From Antedon mediterranea (Eukaryota; Animalia; Echinodermata): 64,000 bases of DNA. Under the pieces are notes generated by a model, which was given only the letters and a program-made list of their open reading frames with translations, had not been told where the DNA came from and made no database searches. The stretch spans positions 33,118,304 to 33,182,303 of the forward strand of contig NC_092671.1 in assembly GCF_964355755.1 (NCBI RefSeq). The letters are read 5' to 3'. Below, piece after piece: positions 37,927-50,353 of the stretch (position 1 is its first letter; each line of letters begins with the position of its first letter). Both the position numbers and the translations under genes were made by a program.

Positions 37927-40059
37927 GCCGACATTATTAAAATAAAAGAGTATTTTAAGAAATGGGTTTGAAAGTTGTATGTGTTTATGATTGGTTGATT
38001 GGATACTGTGTTATCCTCATTCAATATGTATTATTTATATTTTATTTATCTTTATTTAGTTATAAATTACAATATTCCTTTGATAATATATGCCTAGTTG
38101 ATAGTTTAATATATTATGGCAACGTAAAGATTGGATTATTACTTGGAATTTATTTAAGATAGAACTAAAAAATGTAATTTCAAATGAATACTTAAAAATG
38201 AAGCAGAAAGAAAATGGAATGACGTTAAAGAATAACTTCTTGAATTATCAAAAAAAAAGTAATCAATAATATTTAAATTAAATTAAAAAATACACATAAG
38301 AATAAACATAAACGTACCATATATATTTTTTTGAGTTTGGATCAATTGTCAATCTCTTTTAAAATTTAAAATTTGTCCCCTGTATGACCCTTTTAGCCTC
38401 AATTTATATCCACCCTGACAGCAACATGCTTCGTGTAATGTATTATAGCAAACAATTAGAAAGATTTCTGTGAAATTGAGACTATCTCGTTATATTACCA
38501 ACAGTTGTTTATGTTTGTTGTAGTTTATCATGTGACCTATGCTTCTGATTGATCCTTAATTCTGTATCCAATGTTATTATTGTGTGGCGTTGCAGCTTAT
38601 GACGCCAAATCAATTTTCCGTTTTAGCTTCTGAACTAATCCTGACCACTAGAAGGATCGAACCGAGGGGTTCAATATCACAAGCTAAAGATTAAATGTAC
38701 CAGAAAGCGTTTGAAATTCATCATGCATATTATTGATAATGTGCTTTCTAAAATGAAAGTCTTCTCTCGGATTTTTAGAGCCTTTGAAAAAAAAATCGTG
38801 GACCGGTTCGGCCGCATTATTTAGGTTAAGGCAGAAATCAAGAATACTTAATAAGATTCATGAGTCCGGTCCATGTTCTTTACAAACATAGAGATGGCTT
38901 ATAGTAGACAGCAAAATCTGCAGATTGAGTTTCATCAAAATAGTTTGTTCCATTTCGAAAGATGCTTATGCCAGATAATTTGTTTGCAATAACCGTTATT
39001 GTCATAATTGGTCTAGAGTTCTGAATGTTCGATTTTGTTAATCTCTCATCCATTACCAATCGTTATCGTTCTTTATATTATTCGATGATTTATCGACGTC
39101 TAATGATTAACGTTCAAAGTAGGATATACTACATTAAGATTAAATAGGCCTAATGTCTCTTTCGAATGTCAGTCTGAAAGTAGAACGCAGTTACTTTCAT
39201 TATAATTATTTCAATCCACTGTCATCGGATAAACAAATGATTGTACATGAATTAGTTACAAACTTAACTTAACTCGTCTTTCTATACTGCATCTCCTTTT
39301 GCTATATCGGTCGATGTCAACTTAGTTACATTATATTTTTATTTTTAAATTCCACCCTGTTCGGCAACTGTCAAAGACCATAGGCCCTACCTCGTAACTA
39401 ACTGGCGCACGGAAAGTCATTTAGTACAGTAATATGTAAGTAAGTGAATGTAAAGTAGGCTACTTTTAATGTTTGTTATCTCTACTGTCTCTAGATTACT
39501 GTGTGCATAATTGAAAATATATCGGTGTAGTATAACATGTGAGATCCCCCTATTATATTATATCAGCTTCTGGAAAATATAATCCTTTGTAGATCTCAAA
39601 TGTTATAATACACCTCTAAACCAGTCAATATCTCCTGAATAATAATACTATTCTAGCTAGTAAACTACGCGTGTGATTGTACACGTACAATGTTACGCTA
39701 ATGATGTAAGCAATTATTATTCCAAAATTTAATTTAATTTAAAAAGGATACATTTAAAAATTAATATTAATAAATATAGTGCATCGTCGTTATAAGAATA
39801 CACATGTTGACAATTATTATTCATAACTAATTTTGACATTGGTTAATGGCCAACTGTTCTTAATTCATCAACGTTGCGCTCTGCTAATTTCGTAATTGAT
39901 TTCACTTTCTTGATATCGGTCAGAGCCGTTGAATAAAAAAGACGTCACATTACTGTCAACACTTTGAATTGTTTGTGATTGTTAAATGGTGGTAAATCAT
40001 TTTAAACTATTGCTTATTGTCTCCCTGAAAAAAAAATTGTAAAATGTAATGTAATTAAA

Positions 40060-40487
40060 ACTGCAAAATGCACAATACTGATAAACCTTGGCTAACACAA
40101 AATATCAGAAATTCTATTTCTGAACGCCAAAAAGCGTTTAAATCCAATAACTTATCCCATTGGAAAGCTTGCAGAAACATAGTCAAGAGGGAAATCATTA
40201 AAGCTAAAGTAAAATGTAATGCTGATAGAGTTAGACACCTGCAAAAAACTGACCCAGGTAAATGGCACCAACAGGTCAGAGTTATGACAAACACTAAGAA
40301 AATTGATCTCAATATACCAGTTCCTGAAATCTCTCCATTGGACCATACATCCATTGTCATCAATGACTTGTTTACTAACATTAGTGCTCACATCCCAATT
40401 CTAAATAAAACTCAAATCCGTGCATTCCTTCCCTCGGACAAACCTGCACCTAAACTTTATCCTTGGGATATTTATAAAAAAAATTAA
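40060..40487 (+). pseudogene. LINE ORF2 fragment (linker between APE and RT)
   Basis: DKPWLT..I...I..RQKAF.....W...RN.V.REI.KAK......V..L...DP.KW pattern typical of CR1/L2/Rex1-like elements. Confidence 0.75.
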
Positions 40488-41231
40488 TTTAAAAGATCTA
40501 TTAAAGAAAATCACTTAAAAAAGCACGTATAGCAATTGGATGTTTCATTTCGTCAGTTACCGTACCTTTGAAATCAGTTTGTTCCTCTATCATCGGTTAC
40601 AATTTTCTTTATTGAGTTCTATACAATATGAAAAGGCACGTGTGCGGTGTAAAATCAGTTTCGTCGATTGAGGTATCTAGGCCTATTCAATATCATATTT
40701 TATGTGTGTAATCTTATTTATCAGTTACCAATTCGTCGATTGAGTTGCTTATTCAATATCATTATAAGTTATATTCGCTGTAGCCTTCCAATTTCTTGCA
40801 CGTATCACATAATTTTATATCTTAATCTATCAACGATTACCCAGTCTTTAGATAACACAATTTAAATTCAATGCATGTACGTGTGCAATTAGATTACGAA
40901 CATGTTTTGTCAATAGGTAACGTTCTTTAAATTATTAAGCGTCTAAGGTAATGTCATTCACTTTTCTCATGACACCATTTAATGAGTAAACAGATGCCGC
41001 AGTACTTCTCTCTTTTTTTAGTGTTGTAGTGCTTTTTGATTACGGCACCTATTGAGCGATATAGACTAGATCAAATGCCCGTAGTAAAAATACATTATAA
41101 TAATAGGAGCAGTTTTATCAGCTCAATTATCAAATTGATTAATGTAGTGTAGGCCTAACTATAAAAAACAAGAGTAATTCGCTTTGTATGTAACAGCCGC
41201 GGTAGCGGTATTCAATCATTTTCAGTATCGT

Positions 41232-41693
41232 ATTTCGTTTCCGCTAGGCCTATATGCTTTTGTCTGAGATTTGTTTGTTTGTGTGTTTGTTAGCAAGATA
41301 ACATCAAAACTAAAACACTGATCTTTACCAAATTTAAACCACATAATATATTATATATATGTTTTGACATTTAATCACAATTCTGGACCACTTTTTAATT
41401 TTATAAATTTTTTTAGACGGATCTTTACTAAATTCAAACCACTGAAAGATTTAACTACAAATGAATCCATTACATTTTTGAGGAAATCCGGAGCTGTGAG
41501 ATGATGCCCCGAATTGTGACTTTTGTTGTCCAAAAACTACAAAATAAATTATGTTTGTCTCCGCTGATACAGGTTATATTTTTTAATCATTACGTACATT
41601 TACAAAATACGCACATTTGTGGGCACGTACTGCGTCATGTTTCTTGATTCACTCTCTCTTGGCGGAGGTGGAAACTCTCTAATTGCTTCTGTT
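41232..41693 (+). mobile_element. Degenerate HINE family C
   Basis: Degenerate 5' ttccgcta, (TTTG)n microsatellite followed by ttagcaagataac, and 3' ttggcggaggt...ctctctaattgcttctgtt. Resembles the widespread acctccgccaa...ttggcggaggt element type, recognised from memory. Confidence 0.55.
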
Positions 41694-42550
41694 ATGAATT
41701 GATTGTGTGTTTGTTTACAGGATAACATCCATATGTTTCAATTTATCGTGAGTTATTTCGTATTTGCAAATAGATACCAAGAAGACCATGTCTATTGATT
41801 TTCCATAAGTTTATTATAATATCCCAAGTTATCTGTATCTTCAATATGGTGTAGGCTGAAATAGTATTGTCTCTGGGACTCTACAATGTTTGAAGGGAGC
41901 AGAAAAAACCCACACACGACAACTTTATATATAACTAAACTTTTATCTTGACTATAGTCTAAAAATCTTACTAGAAAATATCTAACCAGTAGGAATTCTT
42001 GAAAACAAAAGAACAGCGTAAATTCGACTTATACAAATACAAATATTTAAAAAAATAAAAAGAATAGAAAAATTTAGTTCATATTATAACTATAGGATAT
42101 TTCCATCGTCGATAGTTATCGTCCGTAGTATAAACGGGCCTCAACTCTGCAGAATGTTGAAGAATATGGAAAAGTGAAATTGTTTATTTGTTGCTACTAT
42201 TCCAAGATAAATTTCACTTTGGCTCATTAACACATTCCAGGAATAAGAACGCTTTCAATTCGTGTATTATTCTTGATATTGCTGTATCGTCATGTTTATT
42301 TATTGCACCATCAAATTTTAATTAGAAACACGTTGAAATGTGGCATTATATCTTTCTTTAAAAGAGATAATTAAGAACAGTTGTTCGTGCAGTAAGATGC
42401 ACATTTAGCTTTCTTAAGTAATTTAAATTTCTTGTAAGTTTTCAATTTGTAGTCCGAATCGGTTAATTTATTTTGTCTGTAAGTGAACAATATGCCAACA
42501 TATATTCTTAAATAGCAGATGTCTGTGTACAGTACATAACTATACTAAAG

Positions 42551-44150
42551 TTTTTAAGTTTTTTTCTACATTTTACTATGTCGGTCGGTTAGTCGGTCGG
42601 TTGGTCGGTCGGTCGGTTGGTCGGTAAACACTAACTTGCACATGGCCTAGTCTTGATATAAGTTTCTAAGTTAATTTTTTCGAATATATTCTTTATGGCC
42701 AGGAATCGATGTGGTTATGTTTTCATGGTGCGCAATGAACAATTACGCGGTCTACGCACGAAATCACGTTTGGAATCATATCTTCACAAGCTTGAATCAC
42801 AATTAAATTAAATAAAATTTAGTACATATAAATTTCAGGTCATATTTCATCATATGGCAATACAAGTACGTGCTTAGCGCATATAACGCACGCTTTAAAT
42901 ATTTAAAGATATAAAGGTTATTTTCAATAAAATTAGAATACGTTTCTGGCACGTTTAAACAATTAATACGCACTCTTTTTACCCGATTTCTGTTTTCAAC
43001 CTTTCTTTAATAATATCATCATATTTGATTCACTTTTCAACTCGAAATTACGTTATACGAGCACGTCAAAAGTGACAGGCTACGCACGTGTGAGTTAATA
43101 AAATGGTGAAAATATGCTAAATTATGACATTTTCTTAGGCCGAAATAACAAACTTAACATTAACTTTCTTCCTTAAAATGTTCATATATCAAATTTAAAA
43201 GTATATAGTTTGACTGTGCATCATTTTTTTAATGTTTTTAAAGATGTCATAATAGTAAAACATTATAATTCATTGCGGTATATAATAATCTATCTGCACC
43301 AAAGTGTTTACTGCATAGTAAATACACGGAGGAATCTTTCTACAACTTTTAGTCAGTTGGTACCGAGATTGACTCTCACCTTGGGAAACGAACCGAAATA
43401 AGAAGCTTAGAGACATAACAGCTTCCTCAATGTGTGTGCTGTTTCTAGGATGGCCAACATCTGAGTTCTTAACTTGTTATGCCATTTTTTTTTGCATTTT
43501 TTGATATTGTTCCAAGAGCGTCAATTACGATTGGAACCTACATTTCTTTACAATAGTAATATCAGGTCGATTGTGTTTTAATTTCTTATCCGTGTAAACT
43601 GTCATGTCCCAAGTAATTCAAATGTTTTTATTCTCTGTGACTGCTAATAGCTGATGGTCATACCTTTTTTCAGTACATTTGATTCCGTATTTACTGCAAA
43701 TCTCCCAGTGTACCTGCAATGCCACCTTGTCATGACGCTTTCTGTACTCTCTCTGGCCGGGAATCTTGCATCCACTGACAATATTACAGTTTCAGTAGAG
43801 TCTCCACACAATCTACATAACGGTGTTTCTGATTTATACTGTATTTTATCGCATTCGTTCTTAAAGCCTGTTCTTGTGCAGCTAGTATCAAACCTTCTGT
43901 CTCCTTCTTCAAAAAACCATTCCTAAGCCATCTCAAAGAATCTCCACGTAGGGCGTTTTCTTTCCAGCCCTTGGGTTTCTCCTCTTGCCACCTCTTCTGA
44001 TAATCTATAAGATTTCTTTTTTTTCATTCATTTCATCTAACACCTTCTCCTTTAGAGCAAATTGCAGCATCCACTGTAGTATTTTTACTCTACTCTACAG
44101 CTCACTAAGTCGGTCGGTTGGTCGGATTCGGCCATGTATATGGCCTTGTT
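42551..44150 (+). mobile_element. Composite HINE: family B microsatellite ends, family A core (~42650-43392) and an R4/Dong LINE fragment
   Basis: actatgtcggtcgg...taaacactaacttg at left; family A core to ctcaccttgggaaacgaa; right end actctacagctcactaagtcggtcgg...gccatgtatatggccttgtt. Confidence 0.75.
43402..44080 (-). pseudogene. R4/Dong-like non-LTR fragment (Zn knuckle plus restriction-like endonuclease)
   Basis: Minus-strand translation: WLRNGFLKKETEGLILAAQEQALRTNAIK, CRLCGDSTETV/IVSGC...EYRKRHDKVALQVHWEICSKYG, WDMTVYTDKKLKHNRPDITIV, VPIVIDALGTI, ETAHTLRKLL; contains stops, frameshifts and deletions. Confidence 0.88.
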
Positions 44151-44231
44151 CCTGTGTTTGATTATCTATAACTTTCAAAGGAAAACATAATTCCATATTA
44201 TAATAAACATTTATTAATCGTTATAGAGTTA

Positions 44232-44422
44232 AAACCAGATTAATCGTGTGTCTTAACTATGTTCATGTACCTAACCAGTTTAGTCATACACCTTAACCAG
44301 GTCAATCGTGTACCCAATCAGATCAATCGTGTACCAAAACCAGGTAAGTCGAGTACCTAACCAGGCTAATTTTGTACCGTAGCCGGGTTAATCGTCTACA
44401 TTAAACAAGTTAACCAGGATAA
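44232..44422. repeat. Degenerate ~21-22-bp tandem repeat
   Basis: aaccagRtYaatcgtgtacc-like unit, about 9 copies. Confidence 0.7.
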
Positions 44423-44862
44423 TACATTCGCGTTGGTGTACGGTAATTACAAAAGAAAAAAAAAAAAAAAACCAGTTATAATAATCATTGAAGTGCATTA
44501 AACAACTCATCATTACACATTTGTATTAGTGTAATCCAATGATCCGTTGCAATAAAATGTAACTTAATCAGTGTTCCGATGTTCATGTACTGTAATAATA
44601 ATAACTATTGTATTGCTTGATTATTCATAGTATTAATTGATGGCACACGAGACCGACACGCGTAGTACAGTGCAAAATACTAAGCCCTTAAGTAAAAGTG
44701 ATGTTAGCATTACCTAACCGCAAGTAATGATTCATTCAGCCAAATTAAGTTACTGCTGCCTTTGATGAAAATATCAAATGACGTCATGATTAGTAAAATC
44801 AATAATATCGTGAGGAGAAAACTTTGTTGTCATGACGTCATTTGATTTGTTTAACAATATCA

Positions 44863-44965
44863 TTTTTAATCACGTGCAAACGCGACTATATAGCTAACTA
44901 TGTCGGTCGGTAAACACTAATTCAAATTTGAGCACGCGACTGCAGCCATGTATATGGCCTTGTTT
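44863..44965 (+). mobile_element. HINE family B mini copy (~100 bp)
   Basis: ttttt-aatcacgtgcaaacgcgact...gtcggtcggtaaacactaa...cacgcgact-gcagccatgtatatggccttg-ttt. Confidence 0.8.
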
Positions 44966-45858
44966 ATCAAAGACAGCGTTTATGGTTATCATATAGCTGT
45001 TATAGAATGGAAACTTTTCGAATTTATTAATTTTGTTTTTATTTAAAAATGCATTTTTCCATTTATCGTCAATCGTTATCGTCCTAGTGTGTCACAGATT
45101 TTAAAGGCATTTTATATTTATCGTAATCTGAAAACTTGTTTTAAATGCATTCCTGACTTCAAAATAATGAACCTAAATTCAATTCAATAATTTATCAATG
45201 TGGTATATTTTCATTATTTTTTTATGTATCTGTTTTTATCTCCATATTCCGACTAGGAAATCCCATGTTAAAATCATCTCCCAAAAGAATGTTCCTTTTC
45301 ATAAATGATATATAGATAACGTAATACTTTTTAGCTCGAATTTTATATCCAAATCAAAACCGTTAAAGTATAAAGTCTTAAATCGATGCGCATAAAACTT
45401 GAATGCAGTAAATAAGATTAAGTATTTTTTACAACAGTCTATAACCGTATCGTGCATTTCCAAGTGTTGACAATCATTGAAGCCCACGAGATAGCACACG
45501 GATTACTAAACTCAATGTCTTTTTAATGAGAAGTGGCAAATAAATATTTGTCAAGATTGTGTCAAGTATGGCATTACCTCTCTTGAAAGTGTTACTCTTG
45601 TGTCAGATAAAACACAGTTCTACTCCTGTTAAATGAACATTTGAGATTTCATTTTAAATGTGCCATTGATATTTATTGTAACGATAATATTTACAAAAAA
45701 CAAAAACAAAATCTTCTCCTAACTATACTAAAGCGACCATTGCATGTTGGGTAATGCGATTTAGCAGAAATGCAGTCGGTATAAAAATGATATTTAAATC
45801 TATTTTCAAATAAACGGTTTTTCGGCACTATCCAGCATAAACAGACCTTATGTGTGTA

Positions 45859-45860
<2 letters not shown>

Positions 45861-45917
<57 letters not shown>
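45861..45917. repeat. (AT)n microsatellite
   Basis: Pure AT dinucleotide run. Confidence 0.97.
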
Positions 45918-45921
<4 letters not shown>

Positions 45922-47222
45922 TTTTAAATATTTACCATCATTTGAGTTGTTATTTTACTTATTGAAAATCAATCAAACAATTCTTAATTGTGAACCCCTG
46001 TATTGTTTATAATGATATCGGTCTTCTTTGGTTTCCATCTTATTCTCTCCATTCCTTATTCACCAGTCCGTGTTTCTCATTTGTTCTAATTTATTATTTT
46101 TTATTCCAATCTACCCAGGAACCGGTATTGTTTAGTGTTTTTCGAAAGCTTGGAACTTTTTTTTAGGTTTTACTTTGTAGATGTTTGCTTATGTTATTTG
46201 CATTTCCATTGAGCTCCAGCGATACCCACAGAATTTGTCGTTTTTTCTTAATAATTTGTCTTTGGATTCATATTTGAAAAACAACAGTAGGCCATACGGG
46301 CCATAATTTATATGAATGAAATACAATTTTCAAGAACCGAATAATGTTTTCATTACAATCAAATTGTCTTAGTTCTAAAATGAATACATGCAATTGCCTG
46401 AGAAAAAAAATGGAACATGCCTACTAAAACTATGATAAAGCAAGATGTTCAAAAGTTGTTTCTCAGGATTTCTTCATTTTCTTTGATCTTAATATGTAAT
46501 AGAAAACTTTAACTGGATTAACACTCAATGTGTAAGATGGAGGTTGAGGAGAGGAGAGCAATTCAAAATTAGAGCTTGGAGAAGGTTTTAGAAATAATGG
46601 TAGCAGCCGGAGTATGACAGGGTATTCAAGTCTCTGACTGTATTAGGAAAGAAATATTTATATTGAAACGGTCACTCCGTTCTTTTATAAAATTAAAAAT
46701 GTATCGGCTTTTTATTCCACGAACAAAATAATTAAGATCAGATATACTAGTACATAAAGCATATTTATTCACTTATTAAGTGAATATAGTGAATTTTATA
46801 GGTTTTTAGATACTTGCAATGTGTAATTATGTAAATTACTGAGAAATCGTATATACTTCTGCAATTCATCAAATGTAGGACACTTGGCTAAATGTTAATA
46901 TACTAATTGGCGTTAGGTACTAACATTATGAAATTCTGCATTATTTTACATAGTTCTCTGAAGATTAATTATAGTAATTTATCAGCGTTCAAGATATCAA
47001 GGACAAGCACGTATAGGTTATTATGTAAATATAAAGGATTTAGTATAAAAAACAAATATGTTTTGCACACTGGATGAACAAACGTAAACGACTGATGGCG
47101 AATTTTTTGTTTACGCTCGAGATTTGATACGATTGTGATGTAACAAATGATAGGAAGACCGTCGTTGTAGATACCTTAAGACATTACAAACACATATGCA
47201 TGTTTACTTTACTGTCTTTTAG

Positions 47223-47327
47223 ATGACTTAGTGTGTCAATCGATGTAATCTTCAGGGTGTTTCAAAACAAAACTCCAGGATGTTCTCTGTCTGTCTCGAC
47301 AACGAGATCCTGAACGAAAATAAATGC
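47223..47327 (+). other. Candidate internal exon (105 nt) of an unidentified, possibly non-coding transcript
   Basis: tttactttactgtcttttAG acceptor and C|GTAAGT donor; no recognisable protein. Confidence 0.3.
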
Positions 47328-47878
47328 GTAAGTTGTGTTACTTTTGTTACATTATTTTTTACTGTTTAAAATGTAAATTTCTTTTATTATTGTGTGTTCA
47401 TTATTTTATCTGTACATGCTGAAATTAAGTTTCAGAAGGATTTGTGTCATAGTGACGAACTCTCTACATCCGTTTTCGGAGGACGTTCTCCTTATTCACA
47501 TACTTGGAAGCACTTGAACTTCTAAACTATCGTTATTTGAAATAACAACTCTTACCATGGTTTTGACATAATAGAATTATTTTGCATTATTCCTAATCTT
47601 GATATTTTAATATATACATATTGTTAGTGATAATATTGAGCTCTTTTAAAATTTAAATTGTTGCTTTCTGGGGGAAAACTGGGAAAGCCTACAGTACTTA
47701 AAATACGGGAATAATTACTGTAATTAAAGAGCTTTTCATAGAATAATCATCAGTTATTTTGCCATTATCAGAATCGTTAAATCAGCAGTCGATTCTCTGT
47801 ATTCCTTTTAATGTAAAAGAATGAAAATCGACTCTTTGGGAGTACTTAAGAACCGCAGTCAACAACTTTCACTCCTAA

Positions 47879-48053
47879 AGCTTCCCACTAGAACGTAACG
47901 CAAGGACGTAAACGCAACGCAAGCGTTTTAACCAATGGCAAGCGAAGTTATACACAGTTAACAATCACAAGCGAATAAGCTATCGCTTGTGATTGGTCAA
48001 TTCACTTGCGTTGCGTTACGTCCTTGTGTTGCGTCGCCAGTGGGAACCACGCA
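47879..48053. mobile_element. MITE family 2
   Basis: ttcccactagaacgtaacgcaaggacgtaaacgcaacgcaag ... cttgcgttgcgttacgtccttgtgttgcgtcgccagtgggaa inverted arms. Confidence 0.8.
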
Positions 48054-49704
48054 TTAGAGCGAACTATAAGCGATTACATTATTGCTAAAGCGGTCATACG
48101 GTTTTATTCCATTCACAATGAACTTGAAGGTGAGGAATTGAGAAATGGGATTTGTTGGGTTGAGTTTATGTGTCTGGTTGACCGCAGTTTCTTCTGTGTG
48201 CTTTTGATAGTTATAGTTTGTAGTTCGATTTTTTAAGAGAAAATGTTACCATTTTCTTTGCAAACGTTATATATAACCTTATGTACTGTAATGAATTTTT
48301 AAGCAACTTGATGTCTACGAAGCCTGGTGTTGATTGCGTTGTTGGTTGTCAATAATATTATAAAGATTGATTCCCATGCAATGTAACGACGACGTAAACA
48401 CAACGCAAGTGAGTTGACCAATCATAATAAGCGAAAGTTAGAATAATCCATCGCGACTGATTATGTCTGCTACGTTCCCATAACCCTCTTTTTTTCAGTA
48501 TGCGTCTCCACAAAACTGACGCCCATCCCCTTTCGGAACCTCTACACTGATGATGGATGAACAGGCCACGATAATGAAAGTGAACTCATTCGAACTTACT
48601 AAAGGAAGAGTTACAAATAGAACATAGAGGCAATCTGTACTTTTTAACATTTTAAAATGAATGTTATTCTGTATTGAAAGTAGCCCAGAAGCAATTTCTG
48701 ATAATTCTTGATATGAGCCCAAAACATGTATACGTTTGTATTAAAGTCACTGTCGTTTATGACGTAATATTCAATTTAACCAGAACAATAAAACATTGCG
48801 CTGAAGATAGATTGTAGGCATGATTAGTTTAGACAGTGTTAACAATTAGGCATACTCGTCGCTTTAGGACGGGGAGTGGGTGGCTTGTTGACACGATGTG
48901 AACATTAAAATAAATTACTATCATCAATCAGAAGCATTAATGTGTTGTTTAAGAATGTCTACGCACATCTTAAACATTATGTTAAATCACTTTTATCGTT
49001 TTACTAAATATTAGGTATCTTGTTAAAGTTCAATATTTACTATGTATTAATCCATAGTATATTGTCCATCACAAATGTGTATGGGTAAATCGTATCTTAA
49101 CAATATGGCAGCATAAGCACTCCTCTTTGTCAAATAACTATCACGTTTACCTTGCTAAAGTTATATCTACTATTCAATAATTCATAATATCTTGTCGATT
49201 ACAAATTGTTAGATGATCGTAATATTGCTTAACAACTTCGCCAGAACTCCATAAATGATAGGTATGGAAAGCACGAAATAACAAAAAAACACGTTAGTAG
49301 AATCGAAGGTACTTTTGTAAAACGTAGTTAGTCCGTCTGGTTGAGACACAATATCTTACATTTCAACTGTGAATTTATTTATTTATTTTAATGTGTTTAT
49401 GTAATAACTGAGCAGGAGTAGCTACAACTTATCGTATTTTCACGCAATACACACTTATTCATTATACCTGTTACGATAATCGTCTGATCATTGTAATTTA
49501 TGGACTAAAACATTTATCCATCCATACGTTTTTCAACAATCGTCGAGTCTCATGCACAAGGCTATAATTTAATTCCTACATTTTAACTAATCGACGAGTC
49601 TAATGCGCTGCATGCATTAATTCATACTTTGAGTCGGACAAAAATCGTCGCGTCTCTACGCTCGCTGCATATAACTACTGTAGGTCACGTCTTACAAATT
49701 TATA

Positions 49705-49860
49705 CAGCAGAGCCCTTTATTGGGGGTCCCTTTATAAGGTCAAACCTGACCCGAGAAAGGGGGAATATATGTTTTAACACTATGGCTAACCTCTATTCAA
49801 AGAACAAGAAGTGATACAAAGGGACAGTTTTTCTAGGTCCCTCTGATAGGGGCTCTACTC
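49705..49860. mobile_element. Tc1/mariner-type MITE
   Basis: TA|cagcagagccct ... ggggctctactc|TA. Confidence 0.6.
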
Positions 49861-50353
49861 TATTGTCACATCGCAAGTAGTAATATTACTGTCATTGTAT
49901 ATATATTACTATAAATGGTAATTAGTATTACTGTAAATACTCGTTTTCACTCTGCAAATACTGTACTTTTTTATTAAAATTGACGGCAGTTGTACTTTCA
50001 ATAAACAGTAGCTTAACATGGATTAGATCTTGATAGAATGAATGAGTGCGATGTATTCGTTTATCATTAATGACTTAATAACAAGGTTAAATAAGGTGAA
50101 CGTACAGTATACTTTAAAGTTCAAAAGCTTTCTTACCCGTAAATAATAGAATATAAAGAGCAACGTTGTCAAATACAAACAGTGTATCTAGAGAGGGTGC
50201 TCGAATCCTTACTGTTTAATGATGGACTTTTATTTTTTTCCATTTTGACGTCTTGTTTCCATCTCTCATCCTAACCCCACATTTGGTATGGTTTCACCAT
50301 CGGTCAATTGGGTTGGTGAAGTCTGTCCATAATAGAGGCTTCATCTGCCTAGC

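Noticed and set aside
38620-38645. Shared tttag..tgaactaatcctg with ~58841-58864
   Set aside because: Only a 13-bp match; cannot be distinguished from chance.
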